Below the pieces are notes generated by a model. The model was not told the origin of the DNA and did no database searches. It saw only the letters and a list, made by a program, of their open reading frames with translations. 64,000 nucleotides of DNA, taken from NCBI RefSeq assembly GCF_054482525.1, contig NZ_CM137006.1, one strand, 5' to 3'. Shown here one piece after another: positions 34,481 through 46,832 of this stretch; positions within the stretch are counted from its first letter, which is position 1, and each line of letters begins with the position of its first letter. A program made the position numbers and the translations under genes.

Positions 34481-35347
34481 ATGGCAGCAAAGATTATTGA
34501 CGGTAAAACGATTGCGCAGCAGGTGCGCTCTGAAGTTGCTCAAAAAGTTCAGGCGCGTATTGCAGCCGGACTGCGGGCACCAGGACTGGCCGTTGTGCTG
34601 GTGGGTAGTAACCCTGCATCGCAAATTTATGTCGCAAGCAAACGCAAGGCTTGTGAAGAAGTCGGGTTCGTCTCCCGCTCTTACGACCTCCCGGAAACCA
34701 CCAGCGAAGCGGAGCTGCTGGAGCTTATCGATACGCTGAATGCCGACAACACCATCGATGGCATTCTGGTTCAACTGCCGTTACCGGCGGGTATTGATAA
34801 CGTCAAAGTGCTGGAACGTATACACCCGGACAAAGACGTAGACGGTTTCCATCCTTATAACGTCGGTCGCCTGTGCCAGCGCGCGCCGCGTCTGCGTCCC
34901 TGCACCCCGCGCGGTATTGTCACGCTGCTTGAGCGTTACAACATTGATACCTTCGGCCTCAACGCCGTGGTGATTGGCGCATCGAATATCGTTGGCCGCC
35001 CGATGAGCATGGAACTGCTACTGGCAGGTTGCACCACCACCGTGACTCACCGTTTCACTAAAAATCTGCGTCACCACGTAGAAAATGCCGATCTATTGAT
35101 CGTTGCCGTCGGTAAGCCAGGCTTTATTCCCGGTGACTGGATCAAAGAAGGCGCAATTGTGATTGATGTCGGCATCAACCGTCTGGAAAATGGCAAAGTT
35201 GTGGGCGACGTCGTGTTTGAAGACGCGGCTAAACGCGCCTCATACATTACGCCTGTTCCCGGCGGCGTTGGCCCGATGACGGTTGCCACGCTGATTGAAA
35301 ACACGCTACAGGCGTGCGTTGAATATCATGATCCACAGGGTGAGTAA
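34481..35347 (+). CDS. folD: Bifunctional methylenetetrahydrofolate dehydrogenase/cyclohydrolase FolD
   Basis: 288-aa [22 protein letters not shown]... Confidence 0.95.
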   Translation: MAAKIIDGKTIAQQVRSEVAQKVQARIAAGLRAPGLAVVLVGSNPASQIYVASKRKACEEVGFVSRSYDLPETTSEAELLELIDTLNADNTIDGILVQLPLPAGIDNVKVLERIHPDKDVDGFHPYNVGRLCQRAPRLRPCTPRGIVTLLERYNIDTFGLNAVVIGASNIVGRPMSMELLLAGCTTTVTHRFTKNLRHHVENADLLIVAVGKPGFIPGDWIKEGAIVIDVGINRLENGKVVGDVVFEDAAKRASYITPVPGGVGPMTVATLIENTLQACVEYHDPQGE

Positions 35348-35348
35348 C

Positions 35349-35561
35349 ATGGCGACATTTTCTTTAGGTAAACATCCGCACGTTGAGCTGTGCGACTTGC
35401 TGAAACTGGAAGGCTGGAGCGAAAGCGGCGCGCAGGCGAAAATCGCGATTGCCGAAGGCCAGGTGAAAGTCGACGGTGCGGTTGAAACGCGCAAACGCTG
35501 CAAAATCGTTGCCGGGCAGACAGTGAGTTTTGCCGGTCACAGCGTACAGGTTGTTGCCTGA
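35349..35561 (+). CDS. ybcJ: S4-like RNA-binding protein YbcJ
   Basis: 70 codons from MATFSLGKHPHVELCDLLKLEGW...; the track ORF is extended upstream. Confidence 0.8.
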   Translation: MATFSLGKHPHVELCDLLKLEGWSESGAQAKIAIAEGQVKVDGAVETRKRCKIVAGQTVSFAGHSVQVVA

Positions 35562-35668
35562 TCCCTTTCCCGGCCTGTAACAACAGGCCGGTTCTCTTTT
35601 CAGACTTTTGCCCTCTACGCCCCGTTCATCCATGCTGATAGCATCGACATTTTGCCGAAGCGACCATC

Positions 35669-36190
35669 ATGCCAACCGTTATTACGCACGCAGCCGTTCC
35701 CCTTTGCATTGCTTTAGGGTTGGGTTCGAAAGTCATCCCTCCGCGCCTGTTATTTGCCGGAATCATCCTGGCGATGCTGCCCGATGCCGACGTCTTGTCG
35801 TTTAAATTTGGCGTTGCTTACGGCAATGTTTTTGGTCATCGCGGGTTTACCCATTCGCTGGTGTTTGCGTTTGTTGTCCCGCTGTTATGTGTGCTGATTG
35901 GACGCCGATGGTTCAGGGCTGGGCTGATTCGCTGCTGGCTGTTTTTAACCGTCTCGTTGCTATCGCACAGCTTGCTGGATTCGGTAACCACTGGCGGTAA
36001 AGGGGTTGGCTGGCTGTGGCCGTGGTCAGATGAACGCTTTTTCGCTCCCTGGCAGGTGATTAAAGTCGCGCCGTTTGCATTGTCTCGTTACACCACGCCG
36101 TACGGGCATCAGGTGATTATTTCTGAATTGATGTGGGTGTGGTTGCCGGGGGTGCTACTGATGGGAATGTTGTGGTGGCGCAGACGATAA
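35669..36190 (+). CDS. ybcI: Inner membrane protein YbcI (DUF457)
   Basis: 173-aa hydrophobic ORF. Confidence 0.8.
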   Translation: MPTVITHAAVPLCIALGLGSKVIPPRLLFAGIILAMLPDADVLSFKFGVAYGNVFGHRGFTHSLVFAFVVPLLCVLIGRRWFRAGLIRCWLFLTVSLLSHSLLDSVTTGGKGVGWLWPWSDERFFAPWQVIKVAPFALSRYTTPYGHQVIISELMWVWLPGVLLMGMLWWRRR

Positions 36191-36225
36191 CCGGATGCGA
36201 AAACTCGCATCCGGCAATAGCGCAA

Positions 36226-37611
36226 TTACTTACGACGCCAGGTGGTCCCTTGCGGGCCATCTTCCAGCACGATCCCCATCTCGTTAAGACGATCACGCGC
36301 CGCATCTGCCGCCGCCCAGTCTTTCGCTTTACGGGCATCCAGACGCTGTTGAATTAACGCTTCAATCTCAGCCACTTCGCTGTCGTCTGCCTGCGCGCCG
36401 CTTTGCAGGAACGCTTCCGGTTCTTGCTCCAGCAGGCCCAATACGGCGGAAAGTTTACGCAGATGAGACGCCATCGCGTTCGCCGCTGCCATATCTTCTG
36501 CTTTCAGACGGTTTACTTCACGCGCCATATCAAACAGTACGGAATAGGCTTCCGGGGTGTTGAAATCGTCGTCCATCGCTTCAATAAAGCGCGCTTCAAA
36601 CGCTTCGCCACCGGCAGGCGCAACGGTTTTATCTGTGCCACGCAGCGCAGTGTAGAGACGCTCCAGCGCCGCACGCGCCTGCTTCAGGTTCTCTTCGCTA
36701 TAGTTCAGCTGGCTGCGATAGTGGCCTGACATCAGGAAGTAACGCACGGTTTCCGCGTCGTAGTATTTCAGCACATCGCGCACGGTAAAGAAGTTCCCCA
36801 GCGATTTCGACATCTTCTCGCGGTCAACCATTACCATCCCGGAGTGCATCCAGTAGTTCACATACTGACCATCATGGGCACAGGTGGACTGCGCGATTTC
36901 GTTTTCGTGGTGCGGGAACATCAGGTCTGAACCGCCGCCGTGGATATCAAAGTGGTTACCCAGCTGCTTGCAGTTCATTGCCGAACATTCAATGTGCCAG
37001 CCTGGACGGCCCGCGCCCCACGGCGACGGCCAGCTCGGTTCGCCCTCTTTCGACATCTTCCACAGAACGAAGTCCATCGGGTTACGTTTGTCATCGACCA
37101 CGTCAACGCGCGCGCCTGCCTGCAGCTGGTCGAGATCCTGACGCGACAGCACGCCATAAGTTGGATCGGTCGGGACGTCGAACATCACGTCGCCGTTGTC
37201 CGCCACATAAGCGTGACCTTTGGCGATCAGTTGTTCAGTGAGTTCAATAATTTCTGCGATATGGTGCGTCGCGCGCGGCTCCATATCCGGGCGCAAAATG
37301 TTCAAAGCATCAAAATCTTTGTGCATTTCGGCGATCATGCGATCCACCAGCGCCACAAAGCTTTCGCCATTTTCATTGGCGCGTTTGATGATTTTGTCAT
37401 CGATATCGGTAATGTTACGCACATACTTCAGCTTATAGCCGAGGAAACGCAGGTAACGCGCAACCACGTCAAAGGCAACAAAGGTACGCCCGTGACCGAT
37501 ATGACAGAGATCGTAAACGGTGATTCCACACACGTACATGCCGACTTCCCCGGCGTGAATAGGCTTAAATTCCTCTTTTTGGCGTGTCAGAGTATTGAAG
37601 ATTTTTAGCAT
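36226..37611 (-). CDS. cysS: Cysteine--tRNA ligase CysS
   Basis: 461-aa ORF with class I HIGH motif ([16 protein letters not shown]) and KMSKS. Confidence 0.95.
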
Positions 37612-37784
37612 CGAAGATTCCGTTTAGACATGTGTGGGTAATTGAGTTGCGTATAATACCCATATTTCCCGCGCGAATCAGCATACATTGCGTGATGATC
37701 CGATCGTGCGGTTATGCTATAACACCACCCTATATATGACCCGAACCGGGTTGAAGCACCAATCAAACGGAACAGGATGCAAAA

Positions 37785-38279
37785 ATGGTTACTTTCCACA
37801 CCAATCACGGCGATATTGTCATCAAAACTTTTGACGATAAAGCACCTGAAACAGTTAAAAACTTCCTGGACTACTGCCGCGAAGGTTTTTACAACAACAC
37901 CATTTTCCACCGTGTTATCAACGGCTTTATGATTCAGGGCGGCGGTTTTGAACCGGGCATGAAACAAAAAGCCACCAAAGACCCGATCAAAAACGAAGCC
38001 AACAACGGTCTGAAAAATACCCGTGGTACACTGGCAATGGCCCGTACTCAGGCACCGCACTCTGCAACTGCACAGTTCTTCATCAACGTGGTTGATAACG
38101 ACTTCCTGAACTTCTCTGGCGAAAGCCTGCAAGGTTGGGGTTACTGCGTGTTTGCTGAAGTGGTTGAAGGCATGGACGTGGTAGACAAAATCAAAGGTGT
38201 TGCAACCGGTCGTAGCGGTATGCACCAGGACGTGCCAAAAGAAGACGTTATCATTGAAAGCGTGACCGTTAGCGAGTAA
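37785..38279 (+). CDS. ppiB: Peptidyl-prolyl cis-trans isomerase B (cyclophilin) PpiB
   Basis: 164-aa [30 protein letters not shown]... Confidence 0.95.
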   Translation: MVTFHTNHGDIVIKTFDDKAPETVKNFLDYCREGFYNNTIFHRVINGFMIQGGGFEPGMKQKATKDPIKNEANNGLKNTRGTLAMARTQAPHSATAQFFINVVDNDFLNFSGESLQGWGYCVFAEVVEGMDVVDKIKGVATGRSGMHQDVPKEDVIIESVTVSE

Positions 38280-38281
38280 TC

Positions 38282-39004
38282 GTGGCGACACTCTTTATTG
38301 CAGATCTTCATCTCTGCGCGGAAGAACCGGCGATCACCGCCGGTTTTCTGCGTTTTTTAGCGGGGGAAGCCTGCAAGGCCGACGCGCTGTATATTCTTGG
38401 CGATCTGTTTGAAGCGTGGATTGGCGACGACGATCCCAACCCACTCCATCGCCAGATGGCGGCAGCGATCAAAGCGGTGTCCGATTCCGGCGTTCCCTGT
38501 TATTTCATTCATGGCAACCGTGATTTTCTGCTCGGCAAACGCTTTGCCCGTGAAAGCGGCATGACGTTATTGCCGGAAGAAAAGGTGCTCGAACTGTATG
38601 GTCGCCGGGTGTTGATTATGCATGGCGACACGCTGTGCACCGATGACGCCGGTTATCAGGCTTTTCGCGCCAAAGTCCACAAACCCTGGCTGCAAACGCT
38701 ATTCCTCGCCCTGCCGTTGTTTGTGCGCAAACGCATTGCCGCGCGAATGCGAGCGAACAGCAAAGAAGCCAACAGCAGTAAATCGCTGGCGATCATGGAC
38801 GTTAACCAAAACGCGGTGGTCAGTGCGATGGAAAAACATCAGGTGCAATGGCTGATCCACGGGCATACCCATCGCCCGGCGGTGCATGAACTTATCGCCA
38901 ATCAGCAACCTGCTTTTCGCGTGGTACTCGGTGCCTGGCATACGGAAGGTTCAATGGTGAAAGTCACGGCAGATGACGTTGAGCTGATTCATTTTCCGTT
39001 TTAA
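38282..39004 (+). CDS. lpxH: UDP-2,3-diacylglucosamine hydrolase LpxH
   Basis: 240-aa ORF (GTG start) with metallophosphoesterase motifs (DLHL, GDLFE, GNRD). Confidence 0.92.
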   Translation: MATLFIADLHLCAEEPAITAGFLRFLAGEACKADALYILGDLFEAWIGDDDPNPLHRQMAAAIKAVSDSGVPCYFIHGNRDFLLGKRFARESGMTLLPEEKVLELYGRRVLIMHGDTLCTDDAGYQAFRAKVHKPWLQTLFLALPLFVRKRIAARMRANSKEANSSKSLAIMDVNQNAVVSAMEKHQVQWLIHGHTHRPAVHELIANQQPAFRVVLGAWHTEGSMVKVTADDVELIHFPF

Positions 39005-39033
39005 ATACCCGCAACTTTGCTGATTTCACAGCC

Positions 39034-39049
39034 ACGCAACCGTTTTCCT
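39034..39049. promoter_or_regulatory. Candidate PurR operator upstream of purEK
   Basis: acgcaaccgttttcct resembles the PurR box consensus ACGCAAACGTTTGCGT. Confidence 0.5.
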
Positions 39050-39120
39050 TGCTCTCTTTCCGTGCTATTCTCTGTGCCCTCTAAAGCCGAGAGTTGTGCA
39101 CCACAGGAGTTTTAAGACGC

Positions 39121-39630
39121 ATGTCTTCCCGCAATAATCCGGCGCGTGTCGCCATCGTGATGGGGTCCAAAAGCGACTGGGCTACCATGCAGTTCGCCGC
39201 CGAAATCTTCGAAATCCTGAATGTCCCACACCACGTTGAAGTGGTTTCTGCTCACCGCACCCCCGATAAACTGTTCAGCTTCGCCGAAAGTGCCGAAGAA
39301 AACGGTTATCAGGTGATTATTGCGGGCGCAGGCGGCGCAGCGCACCTGCCTGGCATGATTGCCGCCAAAACGCTGGTGCCAGTGCTGGGCGTGCCAGTAC
39401 AGAGCGCCGCACTGAGCGGTGTCGATAGCCTCTACTCCATCGTACAAATGCCGCGTGGCATTCCGGTGGGTACACTGGCGATTGGTAAAGCTGGCGCGGC
39501 AAACGCGGCGTTACTGGCAGCACAAATTCTTGCAACTCATGATAAAGAGCTACACCAGCGTCTGAATGACTGGCGCAAAGCCCAGACTGACGAAGTGCTG
39601 GAAAACCCGGACCCGCGAGGTGCGGCATGA
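39121..39630 (+). CDS. purE: N5-carboxyaminoimidazole ribonucleotide mutase PurE
   Basis: 169 codons from [20 protein letters not shown]. Confidence 0.95.
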   Translation: MSSRNNPARVAIVMGSKSDWATMQFAAEIFEILNVPHHVEVVSAHRTPDKLFSFAESAEENGYQVIIAGAGGAAHLPGMIAAKTLVPVLGVPVQSAALSGVDSLYSIVQMPRGIPVGTLAIGKAGAANAALLAAQILATHDKELHQRLNDWRKAQTDEVLENPDPRGAA

Positions 39631-40694
39631 AACAGGTTTGCGTCCTCGGTAACGGGCAGTTAGGCCGTATGCTGCGTCAGGCAGGCGAACCGTTAGGCAT
39701 TGCTGTCTGGCCGGTCGGACTGGACGCTGAACCGGCGGCGGTGCCTTTTCAACAAAGCGTGATTACCGCTGAGATCGAACGCTGGCCGGAAACCGCATTA
39801 ACCCGCGAGCTGGCGCGCCATCCGGCCTTTGTGAACCGCGATGTATTCCCGATTATTGCTGACCGTCTGACTCAGAAGCAGCTTTTCGACAAGCTTCACC
39901 TGCCGACCGCACCGTGGCAGTTACTTGCCGATCGCAGCGAGTGGCCTGCGGTGTTTGATCGTTTAGGTGAGCTGGCGATTGTTAAGCGTCGCACTGGTGG
40001 CTATGACGGACGCGGTCAATGGCGTTTACGCGCCGATGAAACCGAACAGTTACCGGCTGAATGCTACGGCGAATGTATTGTCGAGCAGGGCATAAACTTC
40101 TCTGGCGAAGTGTCGCTGGTTGGCGCGCGCGGCTTTGATGGTAGCACCGTGTTTTATCCGCTGACGCATAACCTGCATCAGAACGGTATTTTGCGTACCA
40201 GCGTCGCTTTCCCGCAGGCCAATGCGCAGCAGCAAGCGCAAGCCGAAGAGATGCTGTCGGCGATTATGCAGGAGCTGGGCTATGTGGGCGTGATGGCGAT
40301 GGAGTGCTTTGTCACCCCGCAAGGTCTGCTGATCAACGAACTGGCTCCGCGTGTGCATAACAGTGGTCACTGGACGCAAAACGGTGCCAGCATCAGCCAG
40401 TTTGAGCTGCATCTGCGGGCGATTACCGATCTGCCGTTACCGCAACCAGTAGTGAATAGTCCGTCGGTGATGATCAACCTGATTGGTAGCGATCTGAATT
40501 ATGACTGGCTGAAACTGCCGCTGGTGCATCTGCACTGGTACGACAAAGAAGTCCGTCCGGGGCGTAAAGTGGGGCATCTGAATTTGACCGACAGCGACAC
40601 ATCGCGTCTGACCGCGACGCTGGAAGCCTTAATCCCGCTGCTGCCGCCGGAGTATGCCAGCGGCGTGATTTGGGCGCAGAGTAAGTTCAGTTAA
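39627..40694 (+). CDS. purK: N5-carboxyaminoimidazole ribonucleotide synthase PurK
   Basis: 355-aa ATP-grasp ORF overlapping the purE stop. Confidence 0.95.
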   Translation: MKQVCVLGNGQLGRMLRQAGEPLGIAVWPVGLDAEPAAVPFQQSVITAEIERWPETALTRELARHPAFVNRDVFPIIADRLTQKQLFDKLHLPTAPWQLLADRSEWPAVFDRLGELAIVKRRTGGYDGRGQWRLRADETEQLPAECYGECIVEQGINFSGEVSLVGARGFDGSTVFYPLTHNLHQNGILRTSVAFPQANAQQQAQAEEMLSAIMQELGYVGVMAMECFVTPQGLLINELAPRVHNSGHWTQNGASISQFELHLRAITDLPLPQPVVNSPSVMINLIGSDLNYDWLKLPLVHLHWYDKEVRPGRKVGHLNLTDSDTSRLTATLEALIPLLPPEYASGVIWAQSKFS

Positions 40695-40722
40695 CCTGGT
40701 GCTCATTTGATTGCCGGATGCG

Positions 40723-40792
40723 GCGTGAACGCCTTATCCGACCTGTGGAAACAGTGATATTTCCAGGTCGGATAATCAGCATCGCATCAGGC
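40723..40792. repeat. REP pair (BIME) downstream of purK
   Basis: gccggatgcggcgtgaacgccttatccg ... cggataatcagcatcgcatcaggc. Confidence 0.7.
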
Positions 40793-40813
40793 ACAAATAC
40801 CGAATGCCTACGA

Positions 40814-41707
40814 CTACAGCGAAATACAGGTCCCCGCTTCGCCCGCCAGCGTCTCTTCAATCCGCGATAACGCCCCAATCCACGCGGGTTTACCACGGCT
40901 TCTGACATAGCCACTCACCGCCATTACCTTCGGCCCCATCGAACCATCGGCTTTGGCAAATGGCGCTAAATCATCCGGTGTGGCACGGCGAATGGCGCGT
41001 TGCTGCGGCGTTCCCCAGTTTTCATATACCGCATCAGCATCGGTGAGGATCACCAGCCCATCGGCGTTAATCTGCTCAGCGAGCAACGCAGCGGCGAGAT
41101 CTTTATCAATCACCGCTTCACTCCCTGCCCCATCTTCCGTCACAGGCACACCGCCGCCGCCACTGCAAATCACCACATGCCCCTCTTTGAGCAACAACTC
41201 GATGGCTTCACTGTCGAGAATTTTACGTGGTTGCGGAGACGCCACCACCCGGCGTAAATATTTACCATCACGTTTCATCTGCCAGCCGTAAGCCGCTTCC
41301 AGTGCCTTTTGTTCTCCTGGCTGATAAACCGGACCGATAAACTTCTCTGGCTGCAAAAACGCCGGATCATCAGGCGAAACTTCAATGCGCGTCAGCACTG
41401 TCGTGACAGGCGGCATCTGCGGCTGTGCGCTCAAGCTCTGCGCCAGCATATAGCCAATCATCCCCTGGCTTTCCGCCACCAGCACATCCAGCGGATACGG
41501 TTCTACCTCTTTCCACGCCAGATTCTGTAACGCCAGCAGCCCCACCTGTGGCCCGTTGCCGTGAACAATCGCCAGCCGATAAGAACGGGCCAGGCGCGCC
41601 AGCGCGGGTACAGCACTGGCAATATTGCGATATTGATTTTCTGCCGTCAGCGCCTCACCGCGCTGGAGTAAGGCGTTGCCCCCAAGAGCCACAACCAGTG
41701 TTTTCAT
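40814..41707 (-). CDS. ybcF: Carbamate kinase-like protein YbcF
   Basis: 297-aa [23 protein letters not shown]... (amino-acid kinase fold). Confidence 0.88.
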   Translation of the reverse strand: MKTLVVALGGNALLQRGEALTAENQYRNIASAVPALARLARSYRLAIVHGNGPQVGLLALQNLAWKEVEPYPLDVLVAESQGMIGYMLAQSLSAQPQMPPVTTVLTRIEVSPDDPAFLQPEKFIGPVYQPGEQKALEAAYGWQMKRDGKYLRRVVASPQPRKILDSEAIELLLKEGHVVICSGGGGVPVTEDGAGSEAVIDKDLAAALLAEQINADGLVILTDADAVYENWGTPQQRAIRRATPDDLAPFAKADGSMGPKVMAVSGYVRSRGKPAWIGALSRIEETLAGEAGTCISL

Positions 41708-42519
41708 GGTTTTCCTTGTAATAATTGTTGGCCAAGCCAGAACCCCAGCAGCGTATCGGCCCCTGATGTATGCCCCAGCGCCAGCAGCGAATCAATCGCA
41801 ACAGCGGTACGTTTCGGGCAACTCAGAGCATGAACAAAGTGCAGGAGTGGCGAGGCGAAATATCCTTGCGCGGCATAACGTAAATAATTAACGCTCACCG
41901 CTGTGGTAACGAGTTGAAGATTGTCGGAACAGGCAAAAAACGGGCGACCGGAGCGCGCATCTAAAGCGCCATAATACCAGGCCGCCAGCAGCATTCCGCT
42001 CAGCGTGTCATCATGACTCGGCGTTAATCCCGGACCTTTGCCCAGCCAGTGCCGCCAGTCGGTCTTCACGCCATTGAGCGTGGCCTGAAAACAGTGGCGA
42101 AACTGGCGTAATTCAGCAGGAAGCGGATCGCCTGCCGCCAACGCCAGTGGCCCGAAAAGCCCGGTTTCCTCCGCGCGTTGCATCCATGCCGCTGCAAGCG
42201 GTTGAGGATGCGCAGGCGGCGTAATACGCAGCAAACAATAACGCTGTGGCTGTTTAACCGTGAAACGCCCGAGGCGAATCCCTTGAGCCACAACCTGTGG
42301 TCGTTCATTGCCGCATAATCCACCGCATAACGCATCGAATTGCGCGCGGCGAAGCACCCATCCTCCGGGGCCGAAACCACTACCCTGACGATGCAGCGTT
42401 AACAGTTCGCCGCTTTCCGTCATCAGGTTAATCGCCCGTCGCCACACGCCCGCTAACCGCCAGGACTGGCAATAATTCGGTGCGCTACGGCTGGCAAGCA
42501 GAGGATGGATGATCGTCAT
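41704..42519 (-). CDS. ylbF: Uncharacterised protein YlbF (DUF2877)
   Basis: About 271 codons from [16 protein letters not shown]; the track ORF extends upstream to 42612. Confidence 0.8.
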   Translation of the reverse strand: MTIIHPLLASRSAPNYCQSWRLAGVWRRAINLMTESGELLTLHRQGSGFGPGGWVLRRAQFDALCGGLCGNERPQVVAQGIRLGRFTVKQPQRYCLLRITPPAHPQPLAAAWMQRAEETGLFGPLALAAGDPLPAELRQFRHCFQATLNGVKTDWRHWLGKGPGLTPSHDDTLSGMLLAAWYYGALDARSGRPFFACSDNLQLVTTAVSVNYLRYAAQGYFASPLLHFVHALSCPKRTAVAIDSLLALGHTSGADTLLGFWLGQQLLQGKP

Positions 42520-42529
42520 TGCGCGTTCC

Positions 42530-43789
42530 TCAACCAATCCCCATGCTTTCAGCCAGTGCTTCCAGCGCCTGTTCAAAGCAGGCCAACGATGCCCGCACAG
42601 TGCCTGCGCCAATCTGCCCGATCCCCGCCTCTTTATGGGCGATTCCGGTATTGATGAGCGGCGTAATGCCGGTTTCTACCACGCGACGAATGTCCAGTCC
42701 CAGGCACGCGCCCTGAAAATCCCAGCCTGGGATCTGCAACTGCATATTGCGTTCAAGGTAAATTTCCGCCATCTCTTCAGATACCGCTCTGGCCGCTTCC
42801 ATGCCACCCGCACCGACAAAGCGCGTTACGCCAGGCGCTGCGATCATTGCCGCTCCGCCAATACCAAAGGTTTCGGTAATTGCGCTATCGCCCATATCCG
42901 GGTTCGCCTGCTCCTGCGAGAAGCCGGTGAAAAACAGACCTTGGGGAGTGTTTACAGGCGCAGTAAACCAGCGTTCGCCCAGCCCGCTGACCCGAATCCC
43001 GAACATATTGCCGTTGCGGGTCATTGCCGTGACGATGCTGCCTGCACGGATCATCGCACCAGCATCCATCGCCGCCTTACAGTAAGCCATCGCGAGGTTA
43101 AGGAAGAACTGATCGGTCACGCTGAGGAAATCCATCACTTCCGCGATGTGCTGTTTATCATGATCGAGGCGAGCAATTTGTGGGGCCAGCGCACGCATTA
43201 ACAGTGCTGAGGAAGCAATATTGCGTTGATGGAACTCATCGCCCATGGTAATGCCCTGCGCCATCATTGCCGTGAGATCGATACCGCGCTCCATGCGCCC
43301 CAGCGCCGCGCTTAATACTGGCATTAACACATCGCGCATCCAGCGATGGCGAGTCAGGACATCTTCGCCGTAAGCGCCAAAACGCATCACTTTGCCGATA
43401 CCTTCGTTGAGGTTGCAGTACGCCCGGTTGCCGTCGGTCACGTTCTCGACCACCAGCATCGGCATACTGGCAGAAGTAATACCGCCCATTGGCCCGACGG
43501 CATTCACATGGTGACAAGGAATGAAGTTCACTTCCCCCTGCTCCAGTATTGCCAGCGCCTGCGCTTCATCTTTCGCCCAGCCTTCGAACAGACATGCGCC
43601 CACGCACGCCCCTTTCATGGGTCCGGTCATCTCCTGCCAGCGCATTGGCGGCCCGGCGTGAAGCAGTGTTTTGCCCTCGTTTAGTTCGCTGATAAGTGAA
43701 GAAGCCGGTTGCACATCCAGCCAGTGTGGACGAGCGCGACGAATTTGTTCGATAACCGTAGCATTGGCTTGCGCCACTGATGTAAACAT
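42530..43789 (-). CDS. ylbE: YlbE (DUF1116), intact 419-aa form
   Basis: Single uninterrupted 419-aa ORF. Confidence 0.85.
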   Translation of the reverse strand: MFTSVAQANATVIEQIRRARPHWLDVQPASSLISELNEGKTLLHAGPPMRWQEMTGPMKGACVGACLFEGWAKDEAQALAILEQGEVNFIPCHHVNAVGPMGGITSASMPMLVVENVTDGNRAYCNLNEGIGKVMRFGAYGEDVLTRHRWMRDVLMPVLSAALGRMERGIDLTAMMAQGITMGDEFHQRNIASSALLMRALAPQIARLDHDKQHIAEVMDFLSVTDQFFLNLAMAYCKAAMDAGAMIRAGSIVTAMTRNGNMFGIRVSGLGERWFTAPVNTPQGLFFTGFSQEQANPDMGDSAITETFGIGGAAMIAAPGVTRFVGAGGMEAARAVSEEMAEIYLERNMQLQIPGWDFQGACLGLDIRRVVETGITPLINTGIAHKEAGIGQIGAGTVRASLACFEQALEALAESMGIG

Positions 43790-43798
43790 GGGAACCCC

Positions 43799-45466
43799 TT
43801 ATTGCAAACGTTCTAATAAACGAGCCAGTTTTTTATTGCCGCCGGCGACTGGCGACCATTGGTAATGCACAACCGGTTTGCTGGCGCTTTGTAGCTCCAG
43901 CGCAAAGCTGCGTAATCCGATGTTAATCACGGCGACGTTTTCCAGTAATGACGGTGTGTGTTGCTGAGTGGCAGGCGAAAGCGGATGAATCAGCGCCGCT
44001 GCCAGCAATGTGGCTTCCGGCAGCGAACTCACTACCGCGATCCCCGCATCTTCCAGCGTGGCGATTTGTTGCGAGCGGCATTGCGGGTCACGTTCGGTGC
44101 CTGTCACCGTGGCAATGGCGTACAGCGGTTGGCTGTCTGAACGCGCGGCACAGGCTTTTTGCCAGGCGCTCACCAGCGAGGCGGCAGGATCGGCGGTCGC
44201 GCCGAAGCCAATCACGACATCAAGTAGCAATACGCGCACTGACGGTTTAGCGCCGAGATCGGCAATTAACTGGTTGCGTAAGGTTGGGTCGATCATCGGA
44301 TGGGGACGCCCGACGGTGTAGAAATCATCGCCGAGGTCAATGATCTGGTGACCATCGGCGTCGAGCATCATACCGTGATGATGGGTATCGTCGGCTACCA
44401 TACCAAGGTGCCCGGCAAGTAATCCCGCCGCTTCGGCGGCCAGCGTACCGCCGGTATACAAGCCGCAAATAAGTCCGCTGCTGACAGGTGCTATTGCGTT
44501 ACGTCGCGCCGTAATGCGTGAAAGCAGGCAAGACAGGCGAGCGGCCTCATCCAGCGAGGAGGCAAACCAGACATTCTCGTCGCGGGCCACCGCCGGGGTA
44601 TAACCTAAAAACAGCGCCACCGTCGGTTTGCCGGTTGCTTTCATGGCATTAACAATTTTCAGACGCACAGCTTCGGCAGGTGGTTTTGAAACAAATGCCA
44701 GCACCTCGCTTTTCGCATCGGCGCTTAACATTTCCAGCGCCGTTAGCGCACTGATGCCGCCCACTTCACGGCTGAGATCGCGCCCGCCAAGACCAATCGC
44801 GTGGGTAATTCCCTCCCCTGCCAGCGCAATCTGTGAGCACAGCTCCTGAATCCCGGTACCGGAAGCGCCAATGACGCCAATGTTGCCTTCCGGCATCACG
44901 TTAGCAAAAGCCAGCGGCGTGGCGGCAATCATTGACGTACCGCAGTCCGGCCCCATCACCAGCAAGCCTTTATCGCGTGCGCGGGTTTTGAGTTGGATTT
45001 CATCTTCCAGCGTGACGTTATCGGAGAACATCATCACGTTGAGGTTGCGATCCAGCGCCTGATTCGCCAGCTCCGCCGCATATTCGCCAGCCACTGAAAT
45101 CAGCGCCAGACTGGCGTCGGGTAATTTCTGACAGGCACTGTCCCAGCGACGCACCTGCGTCAACGCCTGGCTGCTGGCTGACCCCTGCGCCAGTTGTTTT
45201 AGCGCCTCTTCAAGCTGCTGCATAATCGCCTGCGCGATCCCCGCATCCGCCGCTTCGCTACGAATTGCCACGCAAATATCGTTCGGCGTGGCGTTATTAA
45301 AATCGTCATGCCAGAAACCTGTGGTATCTAATAACGCTTTATTGGCGGGCGTACCCATCATTACGGAAACATCATCAACATTTTCTGATTCGCTGAGTTT
45401 TCGTGAAATAATCATTAAACTGACCGAATCCTGAAAACACCCTTTTTTAATAAAGGCGTGGATCAT
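43799..45466 (-). CDS. fdrA: FdrA (CoA-ligase-like / succinyl-CoA synthetase alpha-like)
   Basis: 555-aa ORF MIHAFIKKGCFQDSVSLMIISRKL... Confidence 0.88.
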   Translation of the reverse strand: MIHAFIKKGCFQDSVSLMIISRKLSESENVDDVSVMMGTPANKALLDTTGFWHDDFNNATPNDICVAIRSEAADAGIAQAIMQQLEEALKQLAQGSASSQALTQVRRWDSACQKLPDASLALISVAGEYAAELANQALDRNLNVMMFSDNVTLEDEIQLKTRARDKGLLVMGPDCGTSMIAATPLAFANVMPEGNIGVIGASGTGIQELCSQIALAGEGITHAIGLGGRDLSREVGGISALTALEMLSADAKSEVLAFVSKPPAEAVRLKIVNAMKATGKPTVALFLGYTPAVARDENVWFASSLDEAARLSCLLSRITARRNAIAPVSSGLICGLYTGGTLAAEAAGLLAGHLGMVADDTHHHGMMLDADGHQIIDLGDDFYTVGRPHPMIDPTLRNQLIADLGAKPSVRVLLLDVVIGFGATADPAASLVSAWQKACAARSDSQPLYAIATVTGTERDPQCRSQQIATLEDAGIAVVSSLPEATLLAAALIHPLSPATQQHTPSLLENVAVINIGLRSFALELQSASKPVVHYQWSPVAGGNKKLARLLERLQ

Positions 45467-45782
45467 AACAACTCCTTAAAAATTGCACCCATGGCAATTG
45501 CACGAGCAGTGTTAATGTGGCAATTACGGTATCGATGGTCGGTGACAAATAAGGTGATGAATATCACACAGAGATTATTAACAAAAGAATTCAAATAACC
45601 GCCACGCTATTACGTGTTATTTTTTAATAAGCGTGGTTGTTTTAAAAACCAGGTTAAAAGCGAGCGGATTATCAAATAAATTCTAACTATATTTTTTTGC
45701 CTGTCTGGATCACATAATCCAGATATTTTCCCTGTATGTTAATTGCAGTCATGCTTCACACCGTCGTTAAAAAGGAAGACAG

Positions 45783-46832
45783 ATGAAAATCAGTCGGGAA
45801 ACACTCCACCAGCTAATCGAGAATAAACTCTGCCAGGCTGGGTTAAAACGTGAGCACGCTGCAACCGTGGCTGAAGTATTGGTTTACGCCGATGCCAGAG
45901 GGATCCACTCTCATGGCGCGGTGCGTGTTGAATACTACGCAGAACGCATTTCAAAAGGCGGCACCAACCGTGAACCGGAATTTCGTCTTGAAGAAACCGG
46001 GCCGTGTTCGGCAATTTTACATGCCGACAATGCCGCCGGACAGGTCGCGGCGAAAATGGGTATGGAACATGCCATCAAAACCGCCCAGCAAAATGGCGTT
46101 GCGGTGGTCGGTATCAGCCGGATGGGTCACAGCGGCGCAATCTCTTATTTTGTACAGCAGGCAGCTCGCGCCGGGTTAATTGGCATTTCGATGTGCCAGT
46201 CCGATCCAATGGTGGTGCCGTTTGGCGGCGCGGAAATTTACTACGGAACTAACCCACTGGCCTTTGCCGCGCCGGGAGAAGGCGACGAGATCCTTACCTT
46301 TGATATGGCGACTACCGTACAGGCATGGGGAAAAGTGCTCGACGCCCGCTCGCGTAATATGTCTATCTCGGATACCTGGGCGGTCGATAAAAACGGAGCA
46401 CCAACAACCGATCCATTTGCAGTTAACGCCCTGCTCCCTGCCGCCGGACCGAAAGGGTATGGCCTGATGATGATGATTGACGTCCTCTCAGGCGTCTTAC
46501 TCGGCTTACCGTTCGGGCGACAGGTTAGTTCGATGTATGACGATTTACACGCCGGGCGTAATTTGGGGCAATTACATATCGTTATTAACCCGAACTTTTT
46601 CTCCTCCAGCGAACTATTCCGTCAACATCTTAGCCAGACCATGCGCGAATTAAATGCCATAACCCCCGCGCCCGGTTTTAACCAGGTTTATTATCCCGGA
46701 CAGGATCAGGATATTAAACAACGCAAAGCCGCCGTCGAAGGCATCGAAATTGTTGATGATATTTACCAGTATTTAATTTCCGACGCGCTTTATAACACGT
46801 CATACGAAACGAAAAATCCCTTTGCGCAATAA
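45783..46832 (+). CDS. allD: Ureidoglycolate dehydrogenase AllD
   Basis: 349-aa ORF, Ldh_2 family. Confidence 0.9.
   Translation: MKISRETLHQLIENKLCQAGLKREHAATVAEVLVYADARGIHSHGAVRVEYYAERISKGGTNREPEFRLEETGPCSAILHADNAAGQVAAKMGMEHAIKTAQQNGVAVVGISRMGHSGAISYFVQQAARAGLIGISMCQSDPMVVPFGGAEIYYGTNPLAFAAPGEGDEILTFDMATTVQAWGKVLDARSRNMSISDTWAVDKNGAPTTDPFAVNALLPAAGPKGYGLMMMIDVLSGVLLGLPFGRQVSSMYDDLHAGRNLGQLHIVINPNFFSSSELFRQHLSQTMRELNAITPAPGFNQVYYPGQDQDIKQRKAAVEGIEIVDDIYQYLISDALYNTSYETKNPFAQ

Noticed and set aside
34316-34774. 152-aa minus-strand ORF overlapping the folD start
   Set aside because: Antisense to the conserved folD N-terminus and its upstream region; no RBS and an implausible composition.
36403-37608. 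Plus-strand ORFs of 85-222 aa opposite cysS
   Set aside because: Entirely antisense to the well-supported cysS frame.
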